Part shown: positions 35,967 through 45,419 of the stretch, piece by piece
Layout: every line of letters starts with the position of its first letter
How positions within the stretch are numbered: position 1 is the first letter of the stretch
Assembly: GCA_012514235.1 (NCBI GenBank)
Contig: JAAZAR010000035.1
Coordinates: 6,997-70,996, forward strand
DNA from: Actinomycetota bacterium
Lineage (GTDB): Bacteria; Actinomycetota; Thermoleophilia; UBA2241
Direction: 5' to 3'
Length of the DNA stretch: 64,000 bases
Made by a program: the position numbers and the translations under genes
Notes under the pieces: model-generated
What the model was told of the DNA's origin: nothing
The model's database searches: none
The model's input: only the letters and a program-made list of their open reading frames with translations

Positions 35967-36437
35967 GGTCCAACCTCGTTGCTCCTACTGCTGGCGGACA
36001 CGCTGCGCGGGCAACGACCTATCGTGACACAATCGGCGCCGCTGCGAGCCGGCTTGATCCGCTCACTGTGCGCGGGTTCACGTCTCTGGTTACCACATTT
36101 CACGAGCCTACTGAAGAACCCGACGAGACGGAAGTCGTCATTTCACCGAGCACGCTCATGCGTCGGCTCGCTCACTCGCTCGAAGACGCTGCGCCCGCCC
36201 AGAGCTCGCGCGCCGCGGCGCAGGCGGAGAGCCCGAACACCGAGCAGAGCGAGATGACGCCGACCAGCACGAGCGCGACCGGACTGCTGCGGCGGAGGCG
36301 ATGCGGCCTCACGTCGGACCTCCCCACCTTCCTCCTGTCGCGCCCGCAGGGCGCACTGCGACTCGTCGATCGGCGCGGCAATGACGCCGGCGTCCGGGCG
36401 AGCGCAGCCGCGTGTCCGGCCCGAAGGCCGGCGGGCC

Positions 36438-37823
36438 TCAGACCTTCTTCACGCCGGCGATGAGCTTGCTCGCGACCTCCTGGGCGTCCCCGTACACCAT
36501 GCGGGTGTTGTCCGCGTAGAACAGCTTGTTCTCGATGCCGGCGAACCCTGCGCCGCGTCCGCGCTTGATCACGAACGCCTGCTGCGCCTTGTCCACGTCC
36601 AGGATCGGCATGCCGTAGATGGGACTGCCGGGGTCGTCGCGCGCCGCCGGGTTCACCACGTCGTTGGCGCCGATGACGATGGCGGCGTCGGCCGTCGGGA
36701 ACTCCCCGTTGATCTCGTCCAGATCGAAGATCATGTCGTACGGCACGCCGGCCTCGGCGAGCAGCACGTTCATGTGCCCGGGCATGCGGCCTGCTACCGG
36801 GTGGATGGCGAACTTGACCTGGATCCCGCGCTCGCCCAGCAGCTTGGCCAGCTCCCAGACCTTGTGCTGCGCCTGGGCGACGGCCATGCCGTAGCCGGGC
36901 ACGATGATGACCTTCTGGCCGAACGCCATCGTGATGGCGGCGTCGTCCGGACTGGTCTCCTTCATCGTGCCTTCGATGTCGGTCAGCTCCTGGCCGCCGG
37001 CAGCGCCGAACCCGGCGAACAACACGTTGCCGAGCGAACGGTTCATGGCCCTGGCCATGAGCTGGGTGAGCAGCGTGCCGGCGGCACCGACGACGATGCC
37101 GGCGATGATCAGGGCGCCGTTGCCGAGCACGTACCCCTCGAAGCCGACCGCGAGGCCCGTGAGGGCGTTGTAGAGGCTGATGACGACCGGCATGTCGGCG
37201 CCGCCGATCGGCAGCGTCATGAGCACGCCGTAGAGCAGCGAGACGACGAAGAAGGCAATCAGCGTGAGCGTCTCGTTGCCGCCCATGGTGCCGGTGTGCT
37301 GCAGGGCGATGATGACGGCCAGGACGACCGACGCGGCCAGCACCAGCAGGTTGACGATGTTCTGGCCCGGGAACAGGAACGACTTCTTGATGATCCCCTG
37401 CAGCTTGGCGAAGGCGATCATGCTGCCGCTGAAGCTGACCGAGCCGATGAGCGCGCCGGCGATGCCGAGCACGGCGAAGCTCGCCGACATCGTCTCCGGC
37501 CGCATGAACTCGGCGGCGGCGATGAGTGCCGCCGCGCCGCCGCCCATGCCGTTGTAGATGGCCACCATCTGCGGCATGTCGGTCATCGCGACGCGCCGCG
37601 CCGCCACGTAGGCGACGGCGCCGCCGATGAGGAGCGCCGGCGTCATCCACAGGAAGTTGCCCATCTCGGGCGTCGCGAAGGTGATGGCGGTAGCGACGAG
37701 CATGCCGACACCGGCCCAGATGATGCCGCGCCGCGCCGTGCGCGGCGAGCTCATGCCCTTCAGGCCGAAGATGAAGAGCACGGCGGCGGCGATGTAGGCG
37801 ATCTGGATGGCGTCCTCACGCAT
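36438..37823 (-). CDS. pntB: NAD(P) transhydrogenase beta subunit
   Basis: 461 aa with a multi-TM N-terminal half and a C-terminal NADP(H)-binding domain (VIIVPGYGMAVAQAQH... GANDVVNP). Confidence 0.85.
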   Translation of the reverse strand: MREDAIQIAYIAAAVLFIFGLKGMSSPRTARRGIIWAGVGMLVATAITFATPEMGNFLWMTPALLIGGAVAYVAARRVAMTDMPQMVAIYNGMGGGAAALIAAAEFMRPETMSASFAVLGIAGALIGSVSFSGSMIAFAKLQGIIKKSFLFPGQNIVNLLVLAASVVLAVIIALQHTGTMGGNETLTLIAFFVVSLLYGVLMTLPIGGADMPVVISLYNALTGLAVGFEGYVLGNGALIIAGIVVGAAGTLLTQLMARAMNRSLGNVLFAGFGAAGGQELTDIEGTMKETSPDDAAITMAFGQKVIIVPGYGMAVAQAQHKVWELAKLLGERGIQVKFAIHPVAGRMPGHMNVLLAEAGVPYDMIFDLDEINGEFPTADAAIVIGANDVVNPAARDDPGSPIYGMPILDVDKAQQAFVIKRGRGAGFAGIENKLFYADNTRMVYGDAQEVASKLIAGVKKV

Positions 37824-38142
37824 CGCCGCCTCCCTTCGCCGCGGCGGCGCCCTTCTTCTGGTCGCCCGAGCTCTTGAACATCTCGAGCATGCGCTCGGTC
37901 ACGGCGTAGCCGCCGACGGCGTTGGCGGCGCCGAGCAGGACCGCGAAGAACCCCACGATGCGCTCAGGGGTCGTCTCCGCCGCCCCGAGCACGATCATCG
38001 CGCCCACGACGACGATGCCGTGCACGAAGTTGGATCCGCTCATGAGCGGCGTGTGCAGGATCACCGGGACGCGGCTGATGACCTCGTAGCCGACGAAGGC
38101 GGCGAGGATGAAGATGTAGACGGCGGCGAACCCCTCGATCAT
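37816..38142 (-). CDS. pntAB: NAD(P) transhydrogenase alpha subunit part 2 (membrane domain)
   Basis: 108 aa from the ATG at 38142 (MIEGFAAVYIFILAAFVGYEVISRVP...). Its stop overlaps pntB by 8 nt. The rest of ORF 37816..38922 is artefact. Confidence 0.8.
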   Translation of the reverse strand: MIEGFAAVYIFILAAFVGYEVISRVPVILHTPLMSGSNFVHGIVVVGAMIVLGAAETTPERIVGFFAVLLGAANAVGGYAVTERMLEMFKSSGDQKKGAAAAKGGGDA

Positions 38143-39362
38143 GACGCGCCTCCTTCCTCGTCGGGCGCGTCGCCCGGAGCCCCGGCCGGCTCGGCCGGCG
38201 CCGCAGGCGCCGGCGTCTCCGGCCCGTGTGCCTCGTCCGCTCCCTCGATCCGCTCGCGGACCTGCGCGTTCACGATCGTGCCGTCGCGCGTCAGGACGCT
38301 CCCGGCGAGGACCTCGTCGTCCCAGTCGAGCTGCAGCTCTCCCTCCTTGATGAACGGCGTCAGGAAGTGCATGAGGTTGCGCGCATACTGGTCGCTCGCG
38401 TGTTCCGGCAGCATGCTCGGGATGTTGAGCGGCCCGTAGACGATGACGCCGTTGGTGTGGATGTACTCCTCGCCGGGCCGGGTGAGCTCGCAGTTGCCGC
38501 CGCCTTCGGCGGCCATGTCGACGATCACCGCGCCCGGCTTCATCCTGTCCACCACGTCGGCGGTCACCAGGATCGGCGCCCGTCTGCCCGGCACGGCCGC
38601 GGTGGTGATCACCGCGTCGGCCTGCACGATGTGGCCGTCGACGATCTCCTTGGCCTTGGCCTTCTCCTCGTCGGTCAGCTCGCGCGCGTAGCCGCCCTCC
38701 ACCTCGGCGTCGATGCCGGTGTCGATGAAGCGGCCGCCGAGCGACTGCACCTGCTCGCGGGTGACCGAGCGCACGTCGTAGGCCTCGACCACGGCGCCGA
38801 GCCGGCGGGCCGTCGCGATGGCCTGCAGGCCCGCCACACCGACGCCGAGCACGAGCACCTTGGCCGGCCGGAGCGTCCCGGCCGGGGTCATGAGCATGGG
38901 GTAGTACCGGCCGGCCATGCACGCGCTCATCAGCGCGGCCTTGTAGCCGGCGATCGAGGCCTGGCTCGTGAGCGCGTCCATCGATTGCGCCCTCGTGATG
39001 CGCGGCAGGAACTCGAGCGCGAGACTCGTGATCCCGCGGTCGCGCAGCGCCGTGATGGCGTCGTCCGCCTTGTACGGCTGGAGCAGGCCCAGGACGACGG
39101 CGCCCTCCCGCATCTGCTCCACCTCTGCCGGTGTGGGCGGGTCGACCTTCAGCACGACGTCGGCGGCGAACACCTCAGCCGGATCGTCGACCAGGGTGAC
39201 CGTCGCGTACTCCTCGTCACCGATGTGGCTGAGCTGTCCGGCGCGGCGCTCGAGCAGCACTTCGGCACCGAGCGCCGCGTACTTCTCGGCCACAGCCGGC
39301 ACCAGCGCCACGCGCGTCTCTCCCGGCGCCGTCTCCCGGGGGACGCCAATGCGGACTGCCAT
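38139..39362 (-). CDS. pntAA: NAD(P) transhydrogenase alpha subunit part 1 (NAD-binding, alanine-dehydrogenase-like)
   Basis: Start at ATG 39362 (MAVRIGVPRETAPGE...). Rossmann motif VLVLGVGVAGLQA. Its stop overlaps the pntAB start (ATGA). Confidence 0.85.
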   Translation of the reverse strand: MAVRIGVPRETAPGETRVALVPAVAEKYAALGAEVLLERRAGQLSHIGDEEYATVTLVDDPAEVFAADVVLKVDPPTPAEVEQMREGAVVLGLLQPYKADDAITALRDRGITSLALEFLPRITRAQSMDALTSQASIAGYKAALMSACMAGRYYPMLMTPAGTLRPAKVLVLGVGVAGLQAIATARRLGAVVEAYDVRSVTREQVQSLGGRFIDTGIDAEVEGGYARELTDEEKAKAKEIVDGHIVQADAVITTAAVPGRRAPILVTADVVDRMKPGAVIVDMAAEGGGNCELTRPGEEYIHTNGVIVYGPLNIPSMLPEHASDQYARNLMHFLTPFIKEGELQLDWDDEVLAGSVLTRDGTIVNAQVRERIEGADEAHGPETPAPAAPAEPAGAPGDAPDEEGGAS

Positions 39363-39491
39363 CGAACCCTCCTCGTGCGTCGGGCCCACTCGGACCCGCT
39401 CACTCACTTCCCACCGGCAATGGCACAAAAACCTCGCCCGGCGGTGGAAACGGTGGTCGGAGACAGCGCCCGGCGACTCGGCGGCCGGAGC

Positions 39492-39998
39492 TCACTTCCC
39501 GCCCGGCAGCGCTCCCATCTTGCGCAATACCTTGCGCGCGGCACCGGCGACCTTGGGGTCCACGTCGCCCACCGCGCGGCGGAGCGTGTCGATCGCGGCG
39601 GGGTCGCCGATCTTGCCCAGCGCCTCCACCACGATCAGGCGCAGCAGGGGATCGGGGTTGTGCATGGCCATGCACAGCGGCTCGACCGCCTCGGGGTCCT
39701 TCATGAGACCGAGCACGTAGGCGGCGTCCTGGCGCCGATGCAGGTGCCCCTCCCTGAGGATGAAGACGAGTCGGTCGCGGGCGGGCCGACCGACGGCGAC
39801 GAGCGCCTCGCGGGCGGTGTTGAGCTGCACGATGTTCCTGGTCTGCAGCCGCTCGATGATCGTGTCCAGGTAGCCCTCGAGCGCCCGGCGGGCCTGCTCG
39901 GCCACCTCGGGATCCTTGTATCTGGTCGCTCTGACCAGGCCGTCGATGTTGCCCTTGGCGTCGAGCCTGGCGACGTTGGGCGGACCGAACAGGGCCAC
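39492..39998 (-). CDS. HEAT-repeat (PBS-lyase-type) protein
   Basis: Repeated ...AR.ALG.IGDP.AV..L...L.D.D..VR.AA..AL... units. Confidence 0.55.
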   Translation of the reverse strand: MALFGPPNVARLDAKGNIDGLVRATRYKDPEVAEQARRALEGYLDTIIERLQTRNIVQLNTAREALVAVGRPARDRLVFILREGHLHRRQDAAYVLGLMKDPEAVEPLCMAMHNPDPLLRLIVVEALGKIGDPAAIDTLRRAVGDVDPKVAGAARKVLRKMGALPGGK

Positions 39999-40076
39999 GT
40001 GACTCTCCTCGCGGTCGTGCGCTGGACCGGGACGCGAGCGTCGAGCGAGACGTCCCCACGCTCGCAGAAGGTCAGT

Positions 40077-40964
40077 CTACCGCAGGATCCGGTTGGCGAC
40101 GTCCAGCAGTCGCGACGGCAGGTCCCGGAAGGCACGCACCGGGAACACGTCGCCGTGGCCGGCATCTGCCAGCTCGCGGCAGAGCTCGGGGTTCATCTTG
40201 TAGTCCTCCGTCAGCAGGACGAACAGCTGCGGGAAGCGATGGGCGAGCGGCCTGGGGTCTCCGCCGGAGGTGACGACGCCGTCGGTGATGAGCAGGCCGC
40301 TACGGCGGGGGTTGCGGCCGCGCTCCAGCTCGGCTACGCCGAGCGCCAGCGCGGCCTCGATGTTCGTGTAGCCCCGCACCGGCTGGTCGAGCATGCGCCG
40401 GACCACCTCCTGCGGCGGGTCCGGCACGTCCAGATGCGTCGCGGCCGTCGCCTTGTCCTCGAAGACGACCACGGAGAGGTCCTCGGGGTGCAGCTTGAGC
40501 GCGAGGACCGCCGCCGCGACGGCCGCGATCGCCATGTTCTCGCCGCTCATGCTGAGCGACGTGTCGACCATGAGCACTACCTGGTGCCGGCGGTCGACGC
40601 GTCGCTGCACGATCCAGTCGCCCTGTTCCGGGTACGGCTTGCCGATCACGTTGTCCACGGTCGCCTCGACGTCCAGCTCGCCGCCCCACGGTTCGCGCAT
40701 CGGCTCCCTCACCGTCTGCGTGGCGGCCTGCAGCGGGCCGACGAGCCGCCCGGCCTTCTGGAGGACGGCGCGGGCGGCCAGCCGTTCGGCGTAGTAACGC
40801 AGGCCGGGATCCGTGATGCGGCAGTCGCTCCGCGTGAGGTTGGTGGCGATCGTCCAGCCGTCCAGCTCGTCGGGAGCCACCCTGTACCGGGCGGCGATCG
40901 CCGCCAGGGGGGCGGCTCCGGCCGGGGGCTCCGGGGCGCACGACGGCAGGCCGCGGACCTCCAC
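40077..40964 (-). CDS. VWA-domain protein partnered with the upstream MoxR ATPase
   Basis: The C-terminal about 290 aa of ORF 40077..41765 carry a VWA/MIDAS-like region (VVLMVDTSLSMSGE...TNIEAAL). The upstream part of that ORF overlaps MoxR out of frame, so the start is placed at a GTG near 40964. The start is uncertain. Confidence 0.5.
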   Translation of the reverse strand: MEVRGLPSCAPEPPAGAAPLAAIAARYRVAPDELDGWTIATNLTRSDCRITDPGLRYYAERLAARAVLQKAGRLVGPLQAATQTVREPMREPWGGELDVEATVDNVIGKPYPEQGDWIVQRRVDRRHQVVLMVDTSLSMSGENMAIAAVAAAVLALKLHPEDLSVVVFEDKATAATHLDVPDPPQEVVRRMLDQPVRGYTNIEAALALGVAELERGRNPRRSGLLITDGVVTSGGDPRPLAHRFPQLFVLLTEDYKMNPELCRELADAGHGDVFPVRAFRDLPSRLLDVANRILR

Positions 40965-41002
40965 GCGGCCGGCGTGCCGGAGCGGAGCCCCGGCGGATGG
41001 GA

Positions 41003-41914
41003 TCAGGCTTTTGGGGAGGCCTCGGGCGGCGCGAGGGCGACGTCGGGGTCTTCGCCGCGCTCGACGACGAGCTCCATGAGCTCGTCGAGCGCGGCCCCGA
41101 AGTCCGCGTCGATGTCGTCGCGGAGGTCGACGCGGGTGGTGAGCGCGGCCACGGCCGCGCGGCGCAGCGTCTCGCGGCTCACGGTGCCGCCTGTCCCCCG
41201 CTCCTCGGCGCCCAGCCGCTCGGCGATCGCCACGGTGGCGATCGCGCCGCGCACGGACGCTCCCTTGCGGAAGCGCGGGTGCAGCCGCGTCGCCCGCGCC
41301 AGCCGCACGGCCGTCCGCACGAGATCGGCGTCGTCCGAGCCGGTCTCGCCGGCCACGATCGCCGTCTCTTCCCCTGCGTCCTGGTAGTCGAGGGCGAGGT
41401 GCTCGAACCGGTCGCGCAGCGCCTCGCTCAGGTGGCCGGTGGCGACGTACTCCACCGGGTTCTGCGTCGCCACCACCTGGAACCCGTCGGCGGCGTGCAC
41501 CTCGCCGATGTGCGGCAGCTGGAGGAGCCGCTCGTCCAGCGCCGGCAGGAGCACGTTCTGCACGCTCTCCGGCATGCGGTTCAGCTCGTTGATGAACAGC
41601 ACCTTGCCGTCGCGCATGGCCTCCACCAGCGGGCCGGCGAAGAACGCCTCCTCCCCGTACCCCTGCTTGAGCACGAGCGGCGGGTCGAACCAGCCGGTGA
41701 GCTTGCTCTCCGAGTAGCGGTCGTCGCCGTCCACGCGCACCGTGTCGCGCCCGAGATGCCCGCACACAGCCAGCGCGACCGTGGTCTTGCCCACGCCCAC
41801 GGGGCCCTCGAGCAACAGGTGGCGACCGGCACCGAGCACCGCCAGCGCCGTCGCCAGCTCGCGCTCGCGGCCGACGATGCCGTGCTGCTGCTGGATCTGC
41901 TCGATCGGAGTCAT
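41003..41914 (-). CDS. MoxR-like AAA+ ATPase (AAA_5)
   Basis: Walker A GPVGVGKT, Walker B LFINELNR, sensor region; 303 aa. Confidence 0.75.
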   Translation of the reverse strand: MTPIEQIQQQHGIVGRERELATALAVLGAGRHLLLEGPVGVGKTTVALAVCGHLGRDTVRVDGDDRYSESKLTGWFDPPLVLKQGYGEEAFFAGPLVEAMRDGKVLFINELNRMPESVQNVLLPALDERLLQLPHIGEVHAADGFQVVATQNPVEYVATGHLSEALRDRFEHLALDYQDAGEETAIVAGETGSDDADLVRTAVRLARATRLHPRFRKGASVRGAIATVAIAERLGAEERGTGGTVSRETLRRAAVAALTTRVDLRDDIDADFGAALDELMELVVERGEDPDVALAPPEASPKA

Positions 41915-42107
41915 CTCGTCACCTTCTCAGCCGGTGTCGCCGTCGTGTGTCGGCCTGCCCGGTCCGTCGGCAGGACCGCGAAGGCATGATACTCTCCTCC
42001 GCCGGCACGGCTCATCCGGCGCCGCGAAGTTCGGCTGCTCGCCGGCGAGATGGCCGTCCCTCGGACGGCGGAGCGGGCCACGCCGGCGGCGGACCCCTGT
42101 CCCGGAC

Positions 42108-43196
42108 CTACTCCCGCACGAATACGAACCCGAACCCCGCACCCTGCTCGGGCAGCGGCACGAGAGGGCTGCGGGGTACGCCGGCGTGCGCCTCGCCGTG
42201 GTACTCGCGCGGGGCGACGTCGTTGGGCCCGTCCGGGTAGAACAGGCTGGCCAGCGCCTGGATCTGGTCGCGGCCGATGCCGAGCTCGAACTGGCCGCCG
42301 CCGTACAGGACCATGCCGGCGGCCTGCGCGCGCTCCACGCAGTCGAGCAGCGCGCGCAGGCTCCCGAACCGCGACGGCTTGATGTTCAGACGGCCGAGCG
42401 CAAAGCGGTCGCACTCCGGGTCGCACGCCGCCGCCACCCTCGCACTCGTCGCCTCCACGTCGGCCCAGGAGTGGATGGGCGCATCGAAGCTGAACCGGGC
42501 CTCCTGCCCGCGCAGCGCCTCGCGTGCCGGCCCCTCGAGCGCGGGGTCCTCGAGCACGGCGTCCGGGAAGACCTCGCTGACCAGGCGGTATTGCAGCGGA
42601 TCGGGCGGATTGTCGACCGGCGAGCCCTCGTAGAACGCCTTGAAGTCGAGCTGACGCACGCGACCTGTCGCGGCGATCTCCCGCATCAGCCTCTCGTCCC
42701 ACTCCGGCGTCGGGTCGAGCTTGAACTCGAGACAGGGGTCGACGGCGAGCCAGGGCTTGATGTCCAGGCGCGTGCTGAGGACGAACCGCACCGGCGAGTA
42801 GCGCCGCCCCAGTGCCTCACCCAGACTCGATCCGGCCTGCCGCAAGGCGAGGTCGAGGGCGGCGCTCTCGAACGCCCAGCGCCGGTACGGGCGGAAGAAC
42901 TCCTCCTGAGGCGGCCCGGCAGGGAACAGGTCCAGGCCGCCCACACGCTCCGAGAACCCGTCCAGGGTCCACTCCCCGGCCAGAGGCAGCTCCGCCGGGT
43001 AGTCGTCGTGATCCTCGGCCGCGTAGGTGACGTCCTCGCCGCGACCCTCGAGCCCGCCGCCGCGCAGCACGACTTCGGTCGTCACGCGGCGGAACCCGCT
43101 GGAGACGTCCAGCTCCTGCCGCTCGGTGCGGTAGCCTTCGACCACCAGACCGAGCCGCGCCAGACGCTCGTATGCCTGCCCGGATGCCTCGCCCAT
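42108..43196 (-). CDS. Enolase-superfamily (mandelate racemase/muconate lactonizing enzyme-like) protein
   Basis: Start at the internal ATG 43196. Enolase-superfamily-like blocks WAFESAALDLALRQAG and NIKPSRFGSLRALLDCVERAQAAGMVLYGGGQFELGIG. Function not assignable. Confidence 0.45.
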   Translation of the reverse strand: MGEASGQAYERLARLGLVVEGYRTERQELDVSSGFRRVTTEVVLRGGGLEGRGEDVTYAAEDHDDYPAELPLAGEWTLDGFSERVGGLDLFPAGPPQEEFFRPYRRWAFESAALDLALRQAGSSLGEALGRRYSPVRFVLSTRLDIKPWLAVDPCLEFKLDPTPEWDERLMREIAATGRVRQLDFKAFYEGSPVDNPPDPLQYRLVSEVFPDAVLEDPALEGPAREALRGQEARFSFDAPIHSWADVEATSARVAAACDPECDRFALGRLNIKPSRFGSLRALLDCVERAQAAGMVLYGGGQFELGIGRDQIQALASLFYPDGPNDVAPREYHGEAHAGVPRSPLVPLPEQGAGFGFVFVRE

Positions 43197-43337
43197 CTCG
43201 CCCACCTGCCTCCTCCAGCACGGCCCGCCTCCCGGCGGCCGCCTTCGTCCCACCCGTCACCAGCGGTACCACCCGGGCCCGCTCGTTGGCCCGCTTCTAC
43301 CCCGTCCTCCACCGCCACAAGCCACGTGCCGCCGGTG

Positions 43338-44162
43338 ATGGCGCAGCGGCGGCCGCGAACGCGGGCGCTCCCCCTTCTGGCATACTGGAGCACCGTGCGC
43401 ACCACCACCCCCCACATCGGCGTCTCCACGAGTGCCTACAGCGAGGTCATGCTGCCGGCCGCGCTCGAGCGGATCTCGGAGCACGCGACGCGCGCCGAGA
43501 TCCGCTCCTTCGGCCTGCACACACTGCTGAGCACGCGCAACCGCGACGAGGCGCAGCGTGCCGGACTCACCTACACCGTGCACGGGCCGTTCGGCTCCGG
43601 CGGGATCTGGGACCCGGACGAGACGGGGCGGCGTGCGGCGCTCGACGAACACCGCAGGCATCTGGAGGCGGGCGCCGAGATCGGGGCGCGTCTCTACGTG
43701 GTGCACCCGGACTGGCACCCCGAGGCCAGGCCGCGGGACCCCGTCGTCGTCACCCAGCTCGGCCGTTCCTTCGAGACCCTGCGCCGCTGGCAGGACGACC
43801 TCGGGGTGGAGATCGTCGTGGAGAACATGCCCGGTCTCGGGATGAGCCACTTCACGCACCCCGGCGACCTCGACCTCTGCGGCCTCGGACTCGCTCTCGA
43901 CGTGGGTCACGCGAGCATCAGCGGCTGCCTGCACGACTGGCTGGACGGTCCGGGGGCGAGGCTGCGCCACCTGCACCTGCACGACAACCACGGCGAAGGC
44001 GATCACGACGACCCGCATCTCGCCCTGGGGCAGGGCGTGATCGACGTCGCGGCGGTCGTGCAGGCGGCACGAGAGGCCGGCGCCTCAGCGGTGCTCGAGC
44101 ACTACTCAGAGCGCTCGGTCAAGACCAGCCTCGCCCACCTGCGTGAGCTCGGCCTGCTCTGA
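43338..44162 (+). CDS. Sugar-phosphate isomerase/epimerase (xylose-isomerase-like TIM barrel)
   Basis: Only the C-terminal 274 codons of the 806-aa ORF 41742..44162 look real, from ATG 43338. Motifs LYVVHPD, VVENMPG, LDVGHA and HLHDNHG fit an AP-endonuclease-2/Xyl-isomerase-like barrel. Confidence 0.6.
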   Translation: MAQRRPRTRALPLLAYWSTVRTTTPHIGVSTSAYSEVMLPAALERISEHATRAEIRSFGLHTLLSTRNRDEAQRAGLTYTVHGPFGSGGIWDPDETGRRAALDEHRRHLEAGAEIGARLYVVHPDWHPEARPRDPVVVTQLGRSFETLRRWQDDLGVEIVVENMPGLGMSHFTHPGDLDLCGLGLALDVGHASISGCLHDWLDGPGARLRHLHLHDNHGEGDHDDPHLALGQGVIDVAAVVQAAREAGASAVLEHYSERSVKTSLAHLRELGLL

Positions 44163-44474
44163 CGCAGCCGGCCGCTGCGCGGCGCCGCCTCATGCGTCGA
44201 CCGCCGCGGCCGTCAGCACTCGAGCACCTCGATGAGTTCCTCCCGTATCTCGCGCAGGCGCACGGACACGAGGCCGGCCAGCTTCTTCATGACCCGGTCT
44301 CATGTCCTCCCCCTCAGATAGACAGCGACGACCTTCGGCCCTGTTGTACCCGCCGGCCCTTTCCAGGTAGTGCGTTGGCTCGACTCCGAGCCCGGTCGCG
44401 AGGTCGTCTGATAGAATTCCGCGGGCGCCGCCCCGGCGCACCCCCCTTCCACGTCAACGACCGAAGGCGCACCC

Positions 44475-45308
44475 ATGAGCAAGTCCTTCACCTACACGGG
44501 CACCAGCGACTACATCGCCGCACCCGACCTCATGCAGACCGTCAACGTCGCAGTGCAGCTCGGCCGGCCGCTGCTCATCAAGGGCGAGCCGGGCACCGGC
44601 AAGACCATGCTCGCCCAGTCCATCGCGAACGGCCTGGACATGCCGCTCCTCGTCTGGAACGTCAAGTCCACCACCAAGGCACAGGACGGCCTGTACGTCT
44701 ACGACACGGTGCAGCGCCTCTACGACGACCAGTTCGGCGACCGCGACGTGAGCGACATCTCCCAGTACATCAAGCTCGGCAAGCTGGGCGAGGCCTTCAA
44801 CAGCGAGGAGCGCGTGGTGCTGCTCATCGACGAGATCGACAAGGCCGACCTCGAGTTCCCCAACGACCTGCTGTGGGAGCTCGACCAGATGGAGTTCCAC
44901 ATCCCCGAGACGCGTGAGACGATCAAGGCGAAGCACCGCCCTATCGTGCTCATCACGAGCAACGCCGAGAAGGAACTGCCGGACGCGTTCCTGCGCCGCT
45001 GCGTGTTCCACTACATCGAGTTCCCGGACGAGGAGATGATGGAGCGCATCGTCGGCGTCCACGTGCCGGGGCTGGACAAGCGACTGCTCGACCTGGCGAT
45101 CCAGGCCTTCTACTGGCTGCGCGACGTGAACGGCCTGCAGAAGAAGCCCAGCACCAGCGAGCTCATCGACTGGGTGCAGGCGCTGGAGCGCGGCGGGGTC
45201 GACCCGCAGGAGATCGCCGCGCGCCTGCCCTTCATGGGCGTGCTCCTCAAGAAGGACCACGACGTGGACGTCGCGCAGCAGGCGCTGGCGTCGACCCGGA
45301 GGAGGTAG
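44475..45308 (+). CDS. MoxR-like AAA+ ATPase (AAA_5)
   Basis: GEPGTGKTMLAQ Walker A, LLIDEIDKA Walker B; 277 aa. Confidence 0.75.
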   Translation: MSKSFTYTGTSDYIAAPDLMQTVNVAVQLGRPLLIKGEPGTGKTMLAQSIANGLDMPLLVWNVKSTTKAQDGLYVYDTVQRLYDDQFGDRDVSDISQYIKLGKLGEAFNSEERVVLLIDEIDKADLEFPNDLLWELDQMEFHIPETRETIKAKHRPIVLITSNAEKELPDAFLRRCVFHYIEFPDEEMMERIVGVHVPGLDKRLLDLAIQAFYWLRDVNGLQKKPSTSELIDWVQALERGGVDPQEIAARLPFMGVLLKKDHDVDVAQQALASTRRR

Positions 45309-45310
45309 CG

Positions 45311-45409
45311 ATGAGCACTGTCGGCGCGGCAGAGCTCTTCATCGTCATCGTCGTCGCCATCATCGTCGCCGCGCTCGTCCTCAGAGAGATCGGGCGCCGC
45401 GGCCGCTGA
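45311..45409 (+). CDS. Micro-ORF encoding a 32-aa single-TM peptide between the MoxR and VWA genes
   Basis: ATG at 45311, 2 nt after the MoxR stop. Translation is MSTVGAAELFIVIVVAIIVAALVLREIGRRGR*. It is not in the ORF track because it is too short, but it is tightly packed between two genes with no other spacer. Confidence 0.3.
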   Translation: MSTVGAAELFIVIVVAIIVAALVLREIGRRGR

Positions 45410-45419
45410 GGCCGCCCCG

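Noticed and set aside
36172-36309. Possible 46-aa lipoprotein-like tail (VRPHRLRRSSPVALVLVGVISLCSVFGLSACAAAR…) downstream of pntB
   Set aside because: It exists only as the end of a long out-of-frame artefact ORF, starts at GTG and would leave a mature peptide of about 14 aa. Evidence is insufficient.
37816-38922. 368-aa ORF treated as one protein
   Set aside because: Only the last 108 codons (PntAB membrane domain) are real. The upstream 260 codons are Arg/Gly-rich and overlap pntAA in another frame.
40965-41765. N-terminal 267 codons of ORF 40077..41765
   Set aside because: They overlap the MoxR ATPase gene out of frame and are pure Arg/Gly/Ala low complexity. Only the VWA-containing C-terminal part was kept.
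41742-43337. N-terminal about 530 codons of the 806-aa ORF 41742..44162
   Set aside because: This stretch is antisense to the MoxR and enolase-superfamily genes. Only the C-terminal isomerase-like 274 aa (from ATG 43338) have a recognisable fold signature.
43172-44146. 324-aa Arg-rich plus-strand ORF over the isomerase gene
   Set aside because: It is an alternative frame of the sugar-phosphate isomerase-like gene and is poly-Arg/Pro/Gly.
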